64,000 nt of DNA from a virus. Its lineage: Duplodnaviria > Caudoviricetes. Location: positions 759-64,758 of the IMG/VR virus record IMGVR_UViG_3300028906_000004. One strand, written 5' to 3'. Each line of letters begins with the position of its first letter. The stretch's first letter is position 1. Shown piece by piece: positions 8,935-19,409 of this stretch. Both the position numbers and the translations under genes were made by a program. The notes below the pieces were generated by a model. It ran no database searches. It saw only the letters and a list, made by a program, of their open reading frames with translations, and was not told the DNA's origin.

Positions 8935-9595
8935 ATGAAGGGAGTTGATAAGCCTGCAATTTATCGCATCCGCAATCTCGTTAGCGGTCGCATTTATTAT
9001 CGGATCGGCAATACATCCAACTCGTCGCCTTGGAGTGCACCTTTGTCATCTTAGAAAGGGAACGCATCATTCGGTGAAGCTTCAACGATCCTGGAATAAA
9101 CATGGCGAGGACGCTTTCATATTTGAAATTGTCGAACACGTTAACAAGGCTCAACTGATTGAAAGAGAACAGCACTGGATTGATGTCATGGATACAGCTA
9201 ATTCAGTATTTGGCTTTAATGTTGCTCCGAGAGCGGGAACATCGTTAGGCAGGAAACATCCCCCAGAAGTTCTGGCAAAGTTAAAAGGCCCTAAATCAGC
9301 CAGTCATAGATTAGCAATTAGTAAATCTGCAAAACAACGGTGTAGTGATCTGACGGAAAGACAAAGACTGGTAGCTTTTAATGCTGCTCGGACTGGAAAG
9401 CCGGCGCCATGGGTAATAGAATCAAATAAACGGCGTAGAGGAAAGAAGCGTAGTCCTATGTCAGAGATAACAAAACGGAAGTTGCGTAGTCGTAAGTTCA
9501 CAGAGGAAACTCGACTTAAAATGTCTATCGCTGCAAAGCAGCGCACTGACCGACAACGGAATAATTCCGGACGATTTGTTACAATGCAAACATAA
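8935..9595 (+). pseudogene. GIY-YIG homing endonuclease with NUMOD3-like repeats, one-base frameshift at about 8998
   Basis: The frame from ATG 8935 gives AIYRIRNLVSGRIY; IGSAIHPTRRLGVH...HHSVKLQRSWNKHGEDAFIFEIVE continues in the 8945 frame. Deleting one T restores RIYIGS. Confidence 0.8.
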
Positions 9596-9606
9596 GGAGA
9601 CACACA

Positions 9607-9777
9607 ATGAACCTCGGTATCGCATTCTGGGTTGTCTGGCTTATCTGGGTAATCTTCTCCTTTGCCGCACGTGTGGGCTATGTCGGGGAATACGGAAACC
9701 TTGGAAGCTTTTTGTTGTTCGCGTTCCTGTTCGGAATTTTGGGCTGGCAAGTTTTTGGCCCGGTTATCCATAAGTAA
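9607..9777 (+). CDS. small membrane protein (56 aa)
   Basis: MNLGIAFWVVWLIWVIF...FGILGWQVFGPVIHK; AAGGAG SD. Confidence 0.7.
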   Translation: MNLGIAFWVVWLIWVIFSFAARVGYVGEYGNLGSFLLFAFLFGILGWQVFGPVIHK

Positions 9778-9788
9778 GGAGAGGAGTC

Positions 9789-9950
9789 ATGGGATTGATC
9801 CTTGTCATAATCCTTCTGCTGTTCCTCTTCGGAGGATTCGGCATCGTCCCAGGCACCTCCTATGGCTACGGCTTCGGACACGGCGGGATTGGAATTGTCG
9901 GCATAATCCTGATAATCGTCGTAGTCCTGGTCCTGACCGGCAGGCTCTGA
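9789..9950 (+). CDS. DUF3309-like small membrane protein
   Basis: MGLILVIILLLFLFGG...YGYGFGHGGIGIVGIILIIVVVLVLTGRL; GAGGAG SD. Confidence 0.75.
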   Translation: MGLILVIILLLFLFGGFGIVPGTSYGYGFGHGGIGIVGIILIIVVVLVLTGRL

Positions 9951-10069
9951 TGCGCTGGAACGACTTGCCGCACATGGACTGGACAATGGTGTTAGCGATC
10001 GTACTGCTGGCAATTGCTCTGACGCTTGGCAGCAACTGGCTCTGGCCTCCGCAGTGGGGAGGGTGCTGA

Positions 10070-10375
10070 ATGCATAATTACCTTTCGGATCATTTGCGGA
10101 AAGCACTGTCTCTTATTGCGACACAGTCTAGAGCTTACCGAGACGCCGCTACTGATCGCAAGGATGCTGGGGAAGCACGGCAATGGGAGGGTGTCAGGAA
10201 TACAGCTGCGGCGGCTATCGCCGACCTCTGTGTAGAATTGCAATCGCCCGACAACTGCGACCTTGTCCAGGCCGATAACGGCGCTAGAGTTTGCAGGACG
10301 TGTCAGACGGCATGGTTGCGCGAAGCCGATGGTTGGCATTCGTTCGACTGGCACGGCAAATTTCCTTGGGAATGA
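10070..10375 (+). CDS. hypothetical protein with a CxxC motif
   Basis: 101-aa ORF with SD; VCRTC. Confidence 0.55.
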   Translation: MHNYLSDHLRKALSLIATQSRAYRDAATDRKDAGEARQWEGVRNTAAAAIADLCVELQSPDNCDLVQADNGARVCRTCQTAWLREADGWHSFDWHGKFPWE

Positions 10376-10871
10376 CATGCAACGGCATAAAGCCAAGCTG
10401 CGGGTAGGAGCTACCCTCGTCGTGGTCGCGATGCTGGCTGTAGCGATCTACATGATGATGATGTCTACCAACTGGATGTGGGCTCATAGATGAAAGGAAC
10501 TGCGTCATGGCTTATGACTGTAAACGAAGTGAGTGCGACTGCACCTTCCTGGGGCAGTTGTGATGCACTGCTTCCCGTGCTGCTATCCAGACGAGATAGT
10601 GGAAGCCGAGCGCGTCAAGGAAGAAGAAAAGCCACAACGCCGGAGCTTGGGTAAGTGATGCGTGAGACGTTCCGCTGCCGGATGGTGCGTCCCAACAACG
10701 GCGTGTGGGATATCCTCCTCGTGCAGGACACTCACGACCAGCCGGCCGAGCTTTGGCTGTTCTTCAATACCGGGAACGTGGATCACGGCTATCGTCAGGG
10801 CGACGTGTACTTCGTGGAAATTAGGCCGGCAATGGGCGGCCTCGACGCAGGTGTTCCTACGGATAATGTAG

Positions 10872-11612
10872 ATGTCTGAAGACGACAACAATTCTTCCAG
10901 GCCCGGAGTTGGGATACCGATAGACTCTCGCGGCGGCCCTACCGTTGATCCTACCAAAAACGTTTTGGACTTGGTGCGTGCCGAGAGCAAGTACCAAGAC
11001 TCCATGCGCCAAGCACTCAAGGAGTACGAAGACGGGATGCGCGAAGCATCCGAGAAGTACCAAACGCTGATGGTCAGTTCCTCCGCCGTTCTCCGTGAAG
11101 CCGAGTTGCGGCTCCAGAATTGGATGAGGGACTCAGAGAGCAAGCGTGTTGACCAACTCGCTTCGCTGCGCCAAGTCTACGAGACGCGCATTGCCGAGAT
11201 GTTGGCCGTTTCGGTTAAGAGCACGTCGGACCTCGTCTCGACCCAGTTGGTGCAAATTCAGGCAACGTTCAACGACAGGGTGTCCAAGTTGGAGCAATTC
11301 CGCTGGGAGAGCGGCGGCAAGAGCAGCGTCAGCGACCCCGCTATAGCGGATGCTCTAGCAAGGCTTACGAGTGGACTGTCTTCGCAGAGCACGGCTTTTG
11401 CTGAAGCAATAGCAGCAATGACGACGGCAAACGCCGAAAGCTTGGCCAAACTCAGTGCCAACGTGAGCACGATAGGAACTAGCGAGAACAGATCCATAGC
11501 CTCGCGCATGGGACAAGGCCAGCTTGCACAGTGGGTCGTCATGTCGGTGATGATGTTTGCCTCAGTGGGAAGCGCAATTATAGCTGCAATGGCTTTGCGA
11601 GGGCATCCGTGA
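10872..11612 (+). CDS. coiled-coil phage protein with a C-terminal TM helix
   Basis: DPTKNVLDLVRAE..., a helical central region and a terminal hydrophobic segment. Confidence 0.65.
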   Translation: MSEDDNNSSRPGVGIPIDSRGGPTVDPTKNVLDLVRAESKYQDSMRQALKEYEDGMREASEKYQTLMVSSSAVLREAELRLQNWMRDSESKRVDQLASLRQVYETRIAEMLAVSVKSTSDLVSTQLVQIQATFNDRVSKLEQFRWESGGKSSVSDPAIADALARLTSGLSSQSTAFAEAIAAMTTANAESLAKLSANVSTIGTSENRSIASRMGQGQLAQWVVMSVMMFASVGSAIIAAMALRGHP

Positions 11613-11866
11613 CCACCGACGAGAACGGGCAACGGATACCATGGTTGACATACGGAAGCTTTATCACAGTGTTGGTTGTACAGTTGGTAGGTGCCATTGT
11701 CTGGGCGACGCGGCTTGACCAGAGAATCAGCGTAGTCGAGGTGCGCGGCTCGCCCGAAGCTATCATGGAACTGGAAAAGCTGCGCGAGCGTGGTTGAGGA
11801 AAGGCAGCGTGTCGTGCTCATAGTTCAAGCCGAGCTGCGTGCAGAGCTGGAAAGGCTGAAGCATCC

Positions 11867-12307
11867 ATGACCAAGCCAAAACCCAAGCCGCCACCTGAAT
11901 CATCAATAGCGGCAACAGAGGGACGCATGGGCGTGGATCTGGCCAAGATGGCCGCTCTGCAGTCACCGACGCCTAGATCCTACGCAGGGGCTCTTATCGG
12001 CATCGCCCTGTTCATCCTGTTCGCGGCAATTCTCGCTCTGGCCGTCTGCAATCGGCTGATGTTTCTGGAAGAGAGAATGATGCGGGCCGACATCGGGTAT
12101 CTCAAGGAAACGGTAGAGACGCTGCGCGCCGAGACGGATGCGCGAGAACTCGACCGTATCAGCGTCGAGCAGCTGAAGGAAGACGTGCAGACGCTGCGTG
12201 CATCAGCCGGATTGAGCGGTGCCTACGACAGAGAGCAGCTGAAAAAGTTCGACGAAGACATTGCGCGTATCTTCTATATTCTCCGTAGCCAGAGGCGGCC
12301 GAAATGA
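11867..12307 (+). CDS. membrane-anchored coiled-coil protein
   Basis: One TM segment (GALIGIALFILFAAILALAV) followed by heptad repeats. Confidence 0.6.
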   Translation: MTKPKPKPPPESSIAATEGRMGVDLAKMAALQSPTPRSYAGALIGIALFILFAAILALAVCNRLMFLEERMMRADIGYLKETVETLRAETDARELDRISVEQLKEDVQTLRASAGLSGAYDREQLKKFDEDIARIFYILRSQRRPK

Positions 12308-12933
12308 AAAACGCCGTTGAGCACTTGGACGAAGCAGTTAAAGGCATGCACGCGAAGATGTTCGAGCTGTTCGTGCAGAACGTTGCCGGCAAGGATGCTA
12401 GAGCAATTGAGAAATACCGGAATGGGGTTAAGGTTCTCGACGACTGCTATCGCGACGCTCTCGCCGTACTGACAGACAGTAATCGTTAATGAGATACACG
12501 AAGCCAGCGGCTACGAGCATTATCAGCACCAATGTATGCAGCTTCATGCCCGTCTCCGTTGCAGGACTCTAGCTCGCTCGGCGTTACTCTCCCGCAACGC
12601 TCCATGCGCTTCAATGCAGAGAACGCGGGCTCGAACGAGATCGAGGAGCAGAGGACTCCGCTGCAGATCCTCCACCAACGCAACTATCTCAGTGGTCTGC
12701 TGAGCGGCCCAAGCCTCAAGCTCTTCATTGGTCATGAGGCACATATTCGGTGATCTTGGCGGTGAAGAGAGATTGTGAAGCTTTGACAACTTTCCAATGC
12801 TCCAACTGCTTTTCCTCGCCCGTCTTTGACGATCTACTCTTCGTCAAATTTAACGGGAAAGTGCTCGCTTATCTTGAAGTTCTGATGGTAGATTCTCATC
12901 TCTTCCTCCTTGCCGGCCTTAGTGCCGGCTTTT

Positions 12934-13143
12934 TTATTTCCACTCATGGATATTCTTCATAGCAAACTGCTTGATAATATTCTCTTCCATTTCAAGATCG
13001 AATGCCCACAAGATCCATTGCTCCTCTGGATGATAACGATTACGCTTGAATACGACGCATATTGGCTGTATCTTGCGCTCACGTCGTTCTCCGCGCCAAT
13101 TTGTATAATCGACAGTTACTGACTTATTGGGCTCAAGACTCAT
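12934..13143 (-). CDS. stand-alone WYL-domain-like protein
   Basis: VDYTNWRGERRERKIQP...HPEEQWILWAFDLE...FAMKNI. Confidence 0.75.
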   Translation of the reverse strand: MSLEPNKSVTVDYTNWRGERRERKIQPICVVFKRNRYHPEEQWILWAFDLEMEENIIKQFAMKNIHEWK

Positions 13144-13565
13144 CTTTTCCTCACTGCCTTGTTGCTCTTGCGGCCTGGTTTATGCTTCGGCGGATTTCTC
13201 TTAGCTCCAGAGCGGCCATGCGGCGGGTGGGATGCAGCGTCAACATTCTCTTTCCCATGTACACGACGCGGTAGCCGTCCTGCTCCTGCAGCACCTTTGT
13301 CTGCTTGGAAGTGTTGACCATCGAAAGATACTCCTCCCGGTACGAATGCCATGACACTGAGAGCATCGGCAAGCTGGTTGAAGATGCTCGCTACCTCACC
13401 CTTCTTGCCGCCACTAAACTGCAGTATGTCGCCCTTTTCACAGAGCAGCAGCGATACGGACTTGATCCGCTCGAAGTCCATGTCGGTAGGCCCTCCGCGC
13501 CGTTGTAGTTCCGCGATACGCAGCGGCACGGCAGCGGATAAGCCGATGGAAAGAGCGAGGTTCAC
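13140..13565 (-). CDS. hypothetical phage protein
   Basis: LSAAVPLRIAEL...GDILQFSGGKKGE...LADALSVMAFVPGGV; coupled overlaps with neighbours. Confidence 0.65.
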   Translation of the reverse strand: MNLALSIGLSAAVPLRIAELQRRGGPTDMDFERIKSVSLLLCEKGDILQFSGGKKGEVASIFNQLADALSVMAFVPGGVSFDGQHFQADKGAAGAGRLPRRVHGKENVDAASHPPHGRSGAKRNPPKHKPGRKSNKAVRKR

Positions 13566-13786
13566 AAATCCTTTCCTTTAATCTTGAATCTGTAGCTTTC
13601 TATGATTTTAGCTGGCTCCCATTCCATCAGTTGCCCAAAGACGATACGAAGATAAGTAACGTTGCTTCCGTCTTCCTCACTTTGAGATTCCTTAACCAAA
13701 GCTAGAGCTTCGTCATGGCTTACTTCCTTATACATTGACTTATAGCCAAATCTTGTAATCCAAAATGCGTGATAGTTATATGCCAT
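13562..13786 (-). CDS. hypothetical protein (AT-rich)
   Basis: 74-aa ORF coupled to neighbours. Confidence 0.5.
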   Translation of the reverse strand: MAYNYHAFWITRFGYKSMYKEVSHDEALALVKESQSEEDGSNVTYLRIVFGQLMEWEPAKIIESYRFKIKGKDL

Positions 13787-14004
13787 GCGCTTGCTCCCAT
13801 TTTTCAGGTTTATATTTGTTGTCTTTCACTAAACCCCAGCATTCAGCGTGGCCTTCGCAGGCATGAACTTTATCCTCTGCTGCAAAGTCGCTTACGCTCA
13901 TTGTCTGTCCCCAGCAAGGCTCCTGCTCCGTAGCCTCAAGGCTTAGCCAGCAATGGACAGGCTCTGGGCAGAGTGAGCATGGTCGGTAAGTTGATGATTT
14001 GAAT

Positions 14005-15546
14005 TTAGGCTCCATGCGCTTGCTCCAGGTGTCCCATGACTTTGTAGGCTTCGCCCTGCTTGGCGTTGACAATGTCCATGATGCGCTCGTCCTCGGTGTC
14101 GGTGGCATAAATGACGTAGGCATGAACCTCTCGGGATTGGCCTCCGCGATGCAGACGGCTGAGAAACTGCTCGAAGTCTATGAAGGAGTAGTTGAGAGAG
14201 TAGGCAACGATATTGCTTGCGGCCGAGAGGTCGATGCCGACGCCTCCGGTACGCATCTGACAAGCAAGAAGGTCAATCTTGCCGGTCTTGAAGCGTCGGA
14301 TTACGTCACTACGCATTTCGCCTTTGACTTTTCCGTGAAGGAGAACTGCCGCGTTGAGATTCTTTACCTTATCGACAGCTCTCTCGATTGTCTCCAGCTC
14401 CTCCAGGAACTTGCAGAACACGACGATTGGCGGCTTGAGCTTAGAGAGCAGTGAAGCCAGTTTACGTTCCTTGGCGTGGCCTACAGTGACAATGGCGTCG
14501 TCGTTCTGCAGGAAGCCGCTGGTTATCTGCTGAAGTCTGATTTTCTTGGTGATTTCCAAGTCGGCAATAAATTTGATGCCTTTGACAGTGACGATGTTGT
14601 CCTCGTCCATGGCCTTGTAGATGCTGGCCTGCTCACCGAGCAGTTCGACGGGAACGGGGTGAATGATTAGCGGCGGCAGCTGCATGAACTGCTTTGAGAG
14701 CCGATAGCAGCACGGTTCGATAAGAGAGAGAAACTCGGGCAGCTTGTGCTGGCGGAATATCCACTTGTGGCCGCCGTAGCCGCCTCGGACGCAGAACCTT
14801 TCCGCAAACGGCGTCCAGTCCTCGTTGAGGACGGTATGGTCGATAAATCGCATCTGCGCCCATACGTCGATAGGGCTCTTGTCGATAGGGGTGCCGCTAA
14901 GGACTAGGCGTCGCTTGGAGCCTCGAAACTTGCGGGCCGCTCGGCTCCAACCACTACCACGACTCTTGAGGCCTTGAGCTTCGTCGATAATGACCATATC
15001 CCACAGGTTGGGGTGATTGGCCATTCTACTTGCGATTTTGGAGAAGAGCTGGAAGTGGGCAAGCAGAATGATTTTTGGCTTGGCCTCAGTGGCTGCAGGC
15101 TTGCCAGGACTTGATTTTGAGCCGGTGGCCTTAGTCAGGGAAGGGGGCCTGGAACGGCTCACCAGCGGCCATTTGTGGGCTCTCTTAAAGTCTTCCCAAG
15201 TTCGTACTACTACATAAGGTAGAGTACGAAAAAGGCCTTGGCCTATGCGGTCGGCCCAGGCGTCGTCGAGGGCGGTGAGGGGGCATACGATAAGGATGTT
15301 GTCGAGGACGGGGGCGAGCGTTTCGAGGAGGGCAAGGGAGATGTAGCCTTTTCCCGTACCCTGCTCACTATACAACCCTGCGCCGCCCCCGTTTTGGAGA
15401 CGCTGGAGCAGGAAGTCGAGGGCGCAGGCCTGCGGCGGCAAGAGCTTCGCGCACCAGGTTGAGAGCTTGGGTTGAGGAGGTGACACGGCCGCTGATGCCT
15501 CCAGCGTCTTGGATCTGATTAGAGCGTTCTTGCTGAATAGGCTCAA
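14005..15546 (-). CDS. SNF2-family (DEAD/H-like) helicase; true start probably somewhat downstream of the ORF-track start
   Basis: EQGTGKG Walker A, IIDEAQ, LSGTPI, GGVGIDL, and QFLSRLHRGGQ motif VI. Confidence 0.9.
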   Translation of the reverse strand: MSLFSKNALIRSKTLEASAAVSPPQPKLSTWCAKLLPPQACALDFLLQRLQNGGGAGLYSEQGTGKGYISLALLETLAPVLDNILIVCPLTALDDAWADRIGQGLFRTLPYVVVRTWEDFKRAHKWPLVSRSRPPSLTKATGSKSSPGKPAATEAKPKIILLAHFQLFSKIASRMANHPNLWDMVIIDEAQGLKSRGSGWSRAARKFRGSKRRLVLSGTPIDKSPIDVWAQMRFIDHTVLNEDWTPFAERFCVRGGYGGHKWIFRQHKLPEFLSLIEPCCYRLSKQFMQLPPLIIHPVPVELLGEQASIYKAMDEDNIVTVKGIKFIADLEITKKIRLQQITSGFLQNDDAIVTVGHAKERKLASLLSKLKPPIVVFCKFLEELETIERAVDKVKNLNAAVLLHGKVKGEMRSDVIRRFKTGKIDLLACQMRTGGVGIDLSAASNIVAYSLNYSFIDFEQFLSRLHRGGQSREVHAYVIYATDTEDERIMDIVNAKQGEAYKVMGHLEQAHGA

Positions 15547-15772
15547 GCTCTTCTCCCGGCAGCTTCACCTCAAGGCCGACGTAGATGCCAAACTGCTGTT
15601 GGCTCATAAGGCCTTTGTAACTTGCCCTAGTAACGCAGTCACACGGTATGCAGCCTAACAAATCAGGCAGGCCTTTGGGCTGATAGGGCGAGCCGTGCGT
15701 CTTGAACCAGAAGCCTCCGAACTCGGCTTGCAAGGTTTGCCTGATTTGCCGCTGTAAGGCGCTTTCAGGCAT
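15368..15772 (-). CDS. VRR-NUC domain nuclease
   Basis: MPESALQRQI...KTHGSPYQPKGLPDLLGC...GLEVKLPG...Q...IQDAGG. Confidence 0.85.
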   Translation of the reverse strand: MPESALQRQIRQTLQAEFGGFWFKTHGSPYQPKGLPDLLGCIPCDCVTRASYKGLMSQQQFGIYVGLEVKLPGEELEPIQQERSNQIQDAGGISGRVTSSTQALNLVREALAAAGLRPRLPAPASPKRGRRRVV

Positions 15773-16126
15773 TTGTTATGTTGCAGCCTGGACAACAACC
15801 ATGAAGCCGCCGCATGTCTTGCTGTCGCAGGGAGGCATATCAGTGAGCTTGGAAGCTTCCGAAAGCCACTTGCGGGCTTTGCAGTAGATGCACTCCACTT
15901 CGATGCCCTTGCGCGGCGTAGTTGCTTTTTGGTCGCCCATTTTTATTTCCTTTGAAAGTAGCAGAGGCAAGCCTCGGGGGAGGGGGTGGCCTCTGCTCTT
16001 AGACGCCGCATGCGTCCAAGCTGTTTGCCCCATCAGAGCCGCGTGTCCCGGCGCTCATCAGGGATTTATCTTGCCGGGATAAGACTCCTGACACGATGTG
16101 GAGGCATCGTTCAGAACATCAACTCT

Positions 16127-16765
16127 TTAGGCCAACAAGCCCTTCTCTTCGATTGCGGCGGTGATTGCGCCGGCCTTCTTGCGGGTGGTTTTGTGCTCGT
16201 CGAGATCGAGATTGAGCTTGTGCTTGGTGTTAAGCTCTTCCAGCTCGTCGGCCTGCATCGCCGAAATTTCGTCGGCGGTGTAGGTGATAGAGGCTTTGCC
16301 GTTGCCGGCACTTTGTTTGCCGGAAGTTTTGGTGGTGGAAGTCTTGCCGGCGGTTGCTTCGGCTTCTTCGATAAGCTCGGTTTGCGAGAGACGGCTGACG
16401 GGTTTGCCTTCGTACTCGTCGTCGGTGACGATGCCGAGGCAAGTGCGGCCAACGATATCGTCGGGATCGACCTCGAAGGCTGAGTCGGGGATATCGGCAC
16501 CTAAGGAAATGAGCGTCGCCTTCAGCTTCCAGAGAGATTCTTCCGAGAACGAAGTGTAGACGAAGAACTTCTTGCCCTTTGCCCTGGAGTCCTGTCCGGT
16601 GAACTCCCACTTGAGAGAATCGTTGCCAGACTTGGCCTTGTGCGGTGAGACGGCGGTGCATTCCATCAGGTATTCTCCCGGCGGAATGTGGAACGATCCT
16701 CCCGAGGCGTCAACGCCGGATAGATCCGGGATTTCGAGCATCTGTTTGCGAGGTGTCTTGGCCAT
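16127..16765 (-). CDS. DUF669-like ssDNA-binding protein with an acidic C-terminal domain
   Basis: IPPGEYLMEC...SKSGNDSLKWEF...SLWKLKATLISLG...DDEYEGKPVSRL. Confidence 0.75.
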   Translation of the reverse strand: MAKTPRKQMLEIPDLSGVDASGGSFHIPPGEYLMECTAVSPHKAKSGNDSLKWEFTGQDSRAKGKKFFVYTSFSEESLWKLKATLISLGADIPDSAFEVDPDDIVGRTCLGIVTDDEYEGKPVSRLSQTELIEEAEATAGKTSTTKTSGKQSAGNGKASITYTADEISAMQADELEELNTKHKLNLDLDEHKTTRKKAGAITAAIEEKGLLA

Positions 16766-16767
16766 TA

Positions 16768-17565
16768 TCAGTTGTCTCCTTCGATGTAGTCGATTATTTC
16801 GGCGTAGGTAGGATTGTCGATAGTGGGTGGAAGTCGGGTAGAGCGCGGCTTGCGGAGCTTGGTAATGTAGGCCGGGTTGGGGCCGATGCGCAAGCTGTAA
16901 GTAGCGGTTATTTCACGGGATTTTTTTCCTGACACCTCCTTCTCCACAACTTTACGTCTGATGAAGGTATTGAGAATAGCCGAGACATTGGCGTTGAGTA
17001 CGCGAGCGACGCTAGGTGATACGGCTGGGCCTACGGATGGGGAAACGGCGTCGGTGGTACCGCCCTCTTCCTGGTCGATGCGTTCTTGAGCGAGGAAGAC
17101 GACTTGGCGATCCAAGTTTCTATAGTTGGCGATCCAGTCTTTGAGCTGGCCGGTTATTCCCTGCCAGTCCTTTTGGCTGAGATTGCCCCAGGCGTAGGCG
17201 GCGTCGCCGGTATCCTTGCCGATGCTGGCGGCGTATTCCTGCACCAGGAGATCCTGCACCTGGGTGAGGGTATCAATGACGATTGTCTGGTACTTGGCGT
17301 AAGCCTTGTCGTTGAGGATGTTGTAGTAAATCTGTTCAAACTGCTCGAAGGTGGTAACCTCTATGACGAAGACGCCTTTAACGTCGCGGATGCTGTCAGT
17401 GCCTCTGTCCTTAACGTCGAGCAGCAGGAGTGGCGTCGGCCAGGTGCTGGCAAGCGAACTTTTTCCTGAGCCAGACTTGCCGTATATGGCCCAGCTGCGC
17501 GGATAGACAATTTCGTTGACGGGACGAATGACGATAGGAATAGGCTTCTTGTTTGGAAACTTCAT
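16768..17565 (-). CDS. AAA-family ATPase (Sak4-like recombination protein)
   Basis: IYGKSGSGKSS Walker A, IVIDTLT Walker B, VVFLAQE. Confidence 0.85.
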   Translation of the reverse strand: MKFPNKKPIPIVIRPVNEIVYPRSWAIYGKSGSGKSSLASTWPTPLLLLDVKDRGTDSIRDVKGVFVIEVTTFEQFEQIYYNILNDKAYAKYQTIVIDTLTQVQDLLVQEYAASIGKDTGDAAYAWGNLSQKDWQGITGQLKDWIANYRNLDRQVVFLAQERIDQEEGGTTDAVSPSVGPAVSPSVARVLNANVSAILNTFIRRKVVEKEVSGKKSREITATYSLRIGPNPAYITKLRKPRSTRLPPTIDNPTYAEIIDYIEGDN

Positions 17566-17763
17566 TTGTTGATCCTTTGTGAGACTGATCCCAGCACTTG
17601 CGCTTCGTGCATTGGGTTGAAGCGAAGAACCCAGTAGCCGTCATTACGTTGGAGCCATTCTCCGATTTCTATGCTTCGACCGGAGGAATCCTCTACTTCG
17701 ACGAAGCGTCCAGACTCTGGACCTGGAGGACCGTCAAATACGATATCAATGAAGCTCATTTGT

Positions 17764-17988
17764 TCAGTTTCCTAGCAGGATGTAGCGACGCATTGGAGTC
17801 CACTTACCGTCTACCTTCACCATGCAATCCTGCAGTGGTCCCCAGGAGTATTCAAGCTGCATTCTGGAGGCTTGAGCGGTGCAGACAGCGGACGAGAGCA
17901 TGAAGCCCAGACAGACGACAACAGCCATGAACAGACAGAAGCCTGCCAGAAGTAGCGTAATCGTCCAGCCGGTAGAGAGGTTATCCAT
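17764..17988 (-). CDS. small membrane protein
   Basis: N-terminal TM helix; AAGGAG SD. Confidence 0.55.
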   Translation of the reverse strand: MDNLSTGWTITLLLAGFCLFMAVVVCLGFMLSSAVCTAQASRMQLEYSWGPLQDCMVKVDGKWTPMRRYILLGN

Positions 17989-18152
17989 TCCGGTTTCTCC
18001 TTAACGACTGAAAGATCCAGCTACAAAACCTATAGCTATAATGGCTAAAACCGCTATGCGGTACCCTCTGCCGTCAAATATCTCTGATTTAGAAACAACA
18101 GAGACAAGCAAGGAACCAAATGCGCAGCGGAAGAAGAAGTACCCGTAATCCG

Positions 18153-19223
18153 TCATTGCGCTTTGTCCTTCGGTGGGCGGATTTCGAACTCGTGCTCGCG
18201 GACGAAGTCAGCGTCAGCGCCAGTCAACTCTGCTCTGCATAACGCCTCAAACTCACACCAACTACAATGCCTGCCAATGGTGCGGACTGGCCTGCGTGGA
18301 TGTGCGGCAGAGTATTCTTCTTCTACCTCTTTCATTTCCTTGGAGGTAACGATGAAGTCTCTCCATACCATGTCGATTACGGGCTTTTTGATTGGCGTGT
18401 AGACGCGGTCGAACCAGCTTGGAATGTTGGCGGTGATGTCGTTGATGAAGCCTGAATAGTTGGAAGGCGAGAAGCCGGCGTTGGTGATATCGTCTATGAC
18501 GACGGCGGGAAGGCTGTCTATCTTGCGTACCGACATGCCGGGATTTTTTTCGTTGGGCTTCATATGTGTCGGTGGTTTGCTGCGGATGTAGTTCCAGAGG
18601 GTACCGGATAAGGTGAACCAGCCGAGCATTTCGACAATGCGAATGTATAGGCAGGACTGCAGGTTTCTCCAGCGGGTATCGGAGTCGGGGAAGTTCTCGG
18701 TTGTTTTGTGTTCGAGCAGCCAGTTCATTTTTCGGCTGCGGACGAAGCCGTCTATCTTGCCGGTGAACTCGATTCCGGGAGCAATTTCGACATTGTCGAT
18801 CCAGTGCTCGGCATACTGCTCTTTAGGTTTTGGCGCAAAGCCAACTGCTTCGCCAACAGTTTTTGCTGTTTTGTTAATCGGCTTACCAAGTGTTCTTTCC
18901 CAAACTTTAACCGGCAGCAGTTGCAGCTGATCCTTTTTGTAGTAATCCTTGTAGGCTTTCCAGATGTAGGTGATGTCCGAGACGATGGCGGCGATGCTCT
19001 CGCGCTCTTCGCGGAAGAGCTTGGAATTAGAGACGGTGGCGTCCTTGAGCGCGGCGAAGGGATCGAGGTTGTTGGCATCGGCTTCGAGCATCTTATGGAA
19101 GAGGTCGCCGAAGCGCAGTGGCCGTGCGACAACTTTGGCGCGGAGCTTCTCGATATAGCGGTAGACGTACCGCTGCTCGCAGGCTCGCCGCGTTTCGACT
19201 TTTGAAAGGGAGGTTTGGAACAT
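18153..19223 (-). CDS. PD-(D/E)XK exonuclease (Cas4/RecB-like)
   Basis: ACEQRYVYRY, LRFGDLFH, GKIDGFV...LLEHKT, Q..LY, and C-terminal HCSWCEFEALC. Confidence 0.85.
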   Translation of the reverse strand: MFQTSLSKVETRRACEQRYVYRYIEKLRAKVVARPLRFGDLFHKMLEADANNLDPFAALKDATVSNSKLFREERESIAAIVSDITYIWKAYKDYYKKDQLQLLPVKVWERTLGKPINKTAKTVGEAVGFAPKPKEQYAEHWIDNVEIAPGIEFTGKIDGFVRSRKMNWLLEHKTTENFPDSDTRWRNLQSCLYIRIVEMLGWFTLSGTLWNYIRSKPPTHMKPNEKNPGMSVRKIDSLPAVVIDDITNAGFSPSNYSGFINDITANIPSWFDRVYTPIKKPVIDMVWRDFIVTSKEMKEVEEEYSAAHPRRPVRTIGRHCSWCEFEALCRAELTGADADFVREHEFEIRPPKDKAQ

Positions 19224-19409
19224 ATTAGTTGCCTACACCGCCTCTTTTCTCGTCGGCTATTTCGTCGCGTAGAGCTTCTATGCGGTATTCTAGAAGGTCT
19301 GTAAGCTCCTCTAGAAACTCCAAGGCTTCCTCTTTGGACTCGGTGGCTCTATCTATTTGATCCATGATATTATCTTTTGTTTGGATCATATTCCGTGTCG
19401 GTTTTACAG

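Noticed and set aside
18153-19223. Cas4 as evidence of a CRISPR system
   Set aside because: No repeat-spacer array or other cas genes were seen; the context (AAA ATPase, SSB, PolA) is a standard phage recombination module.
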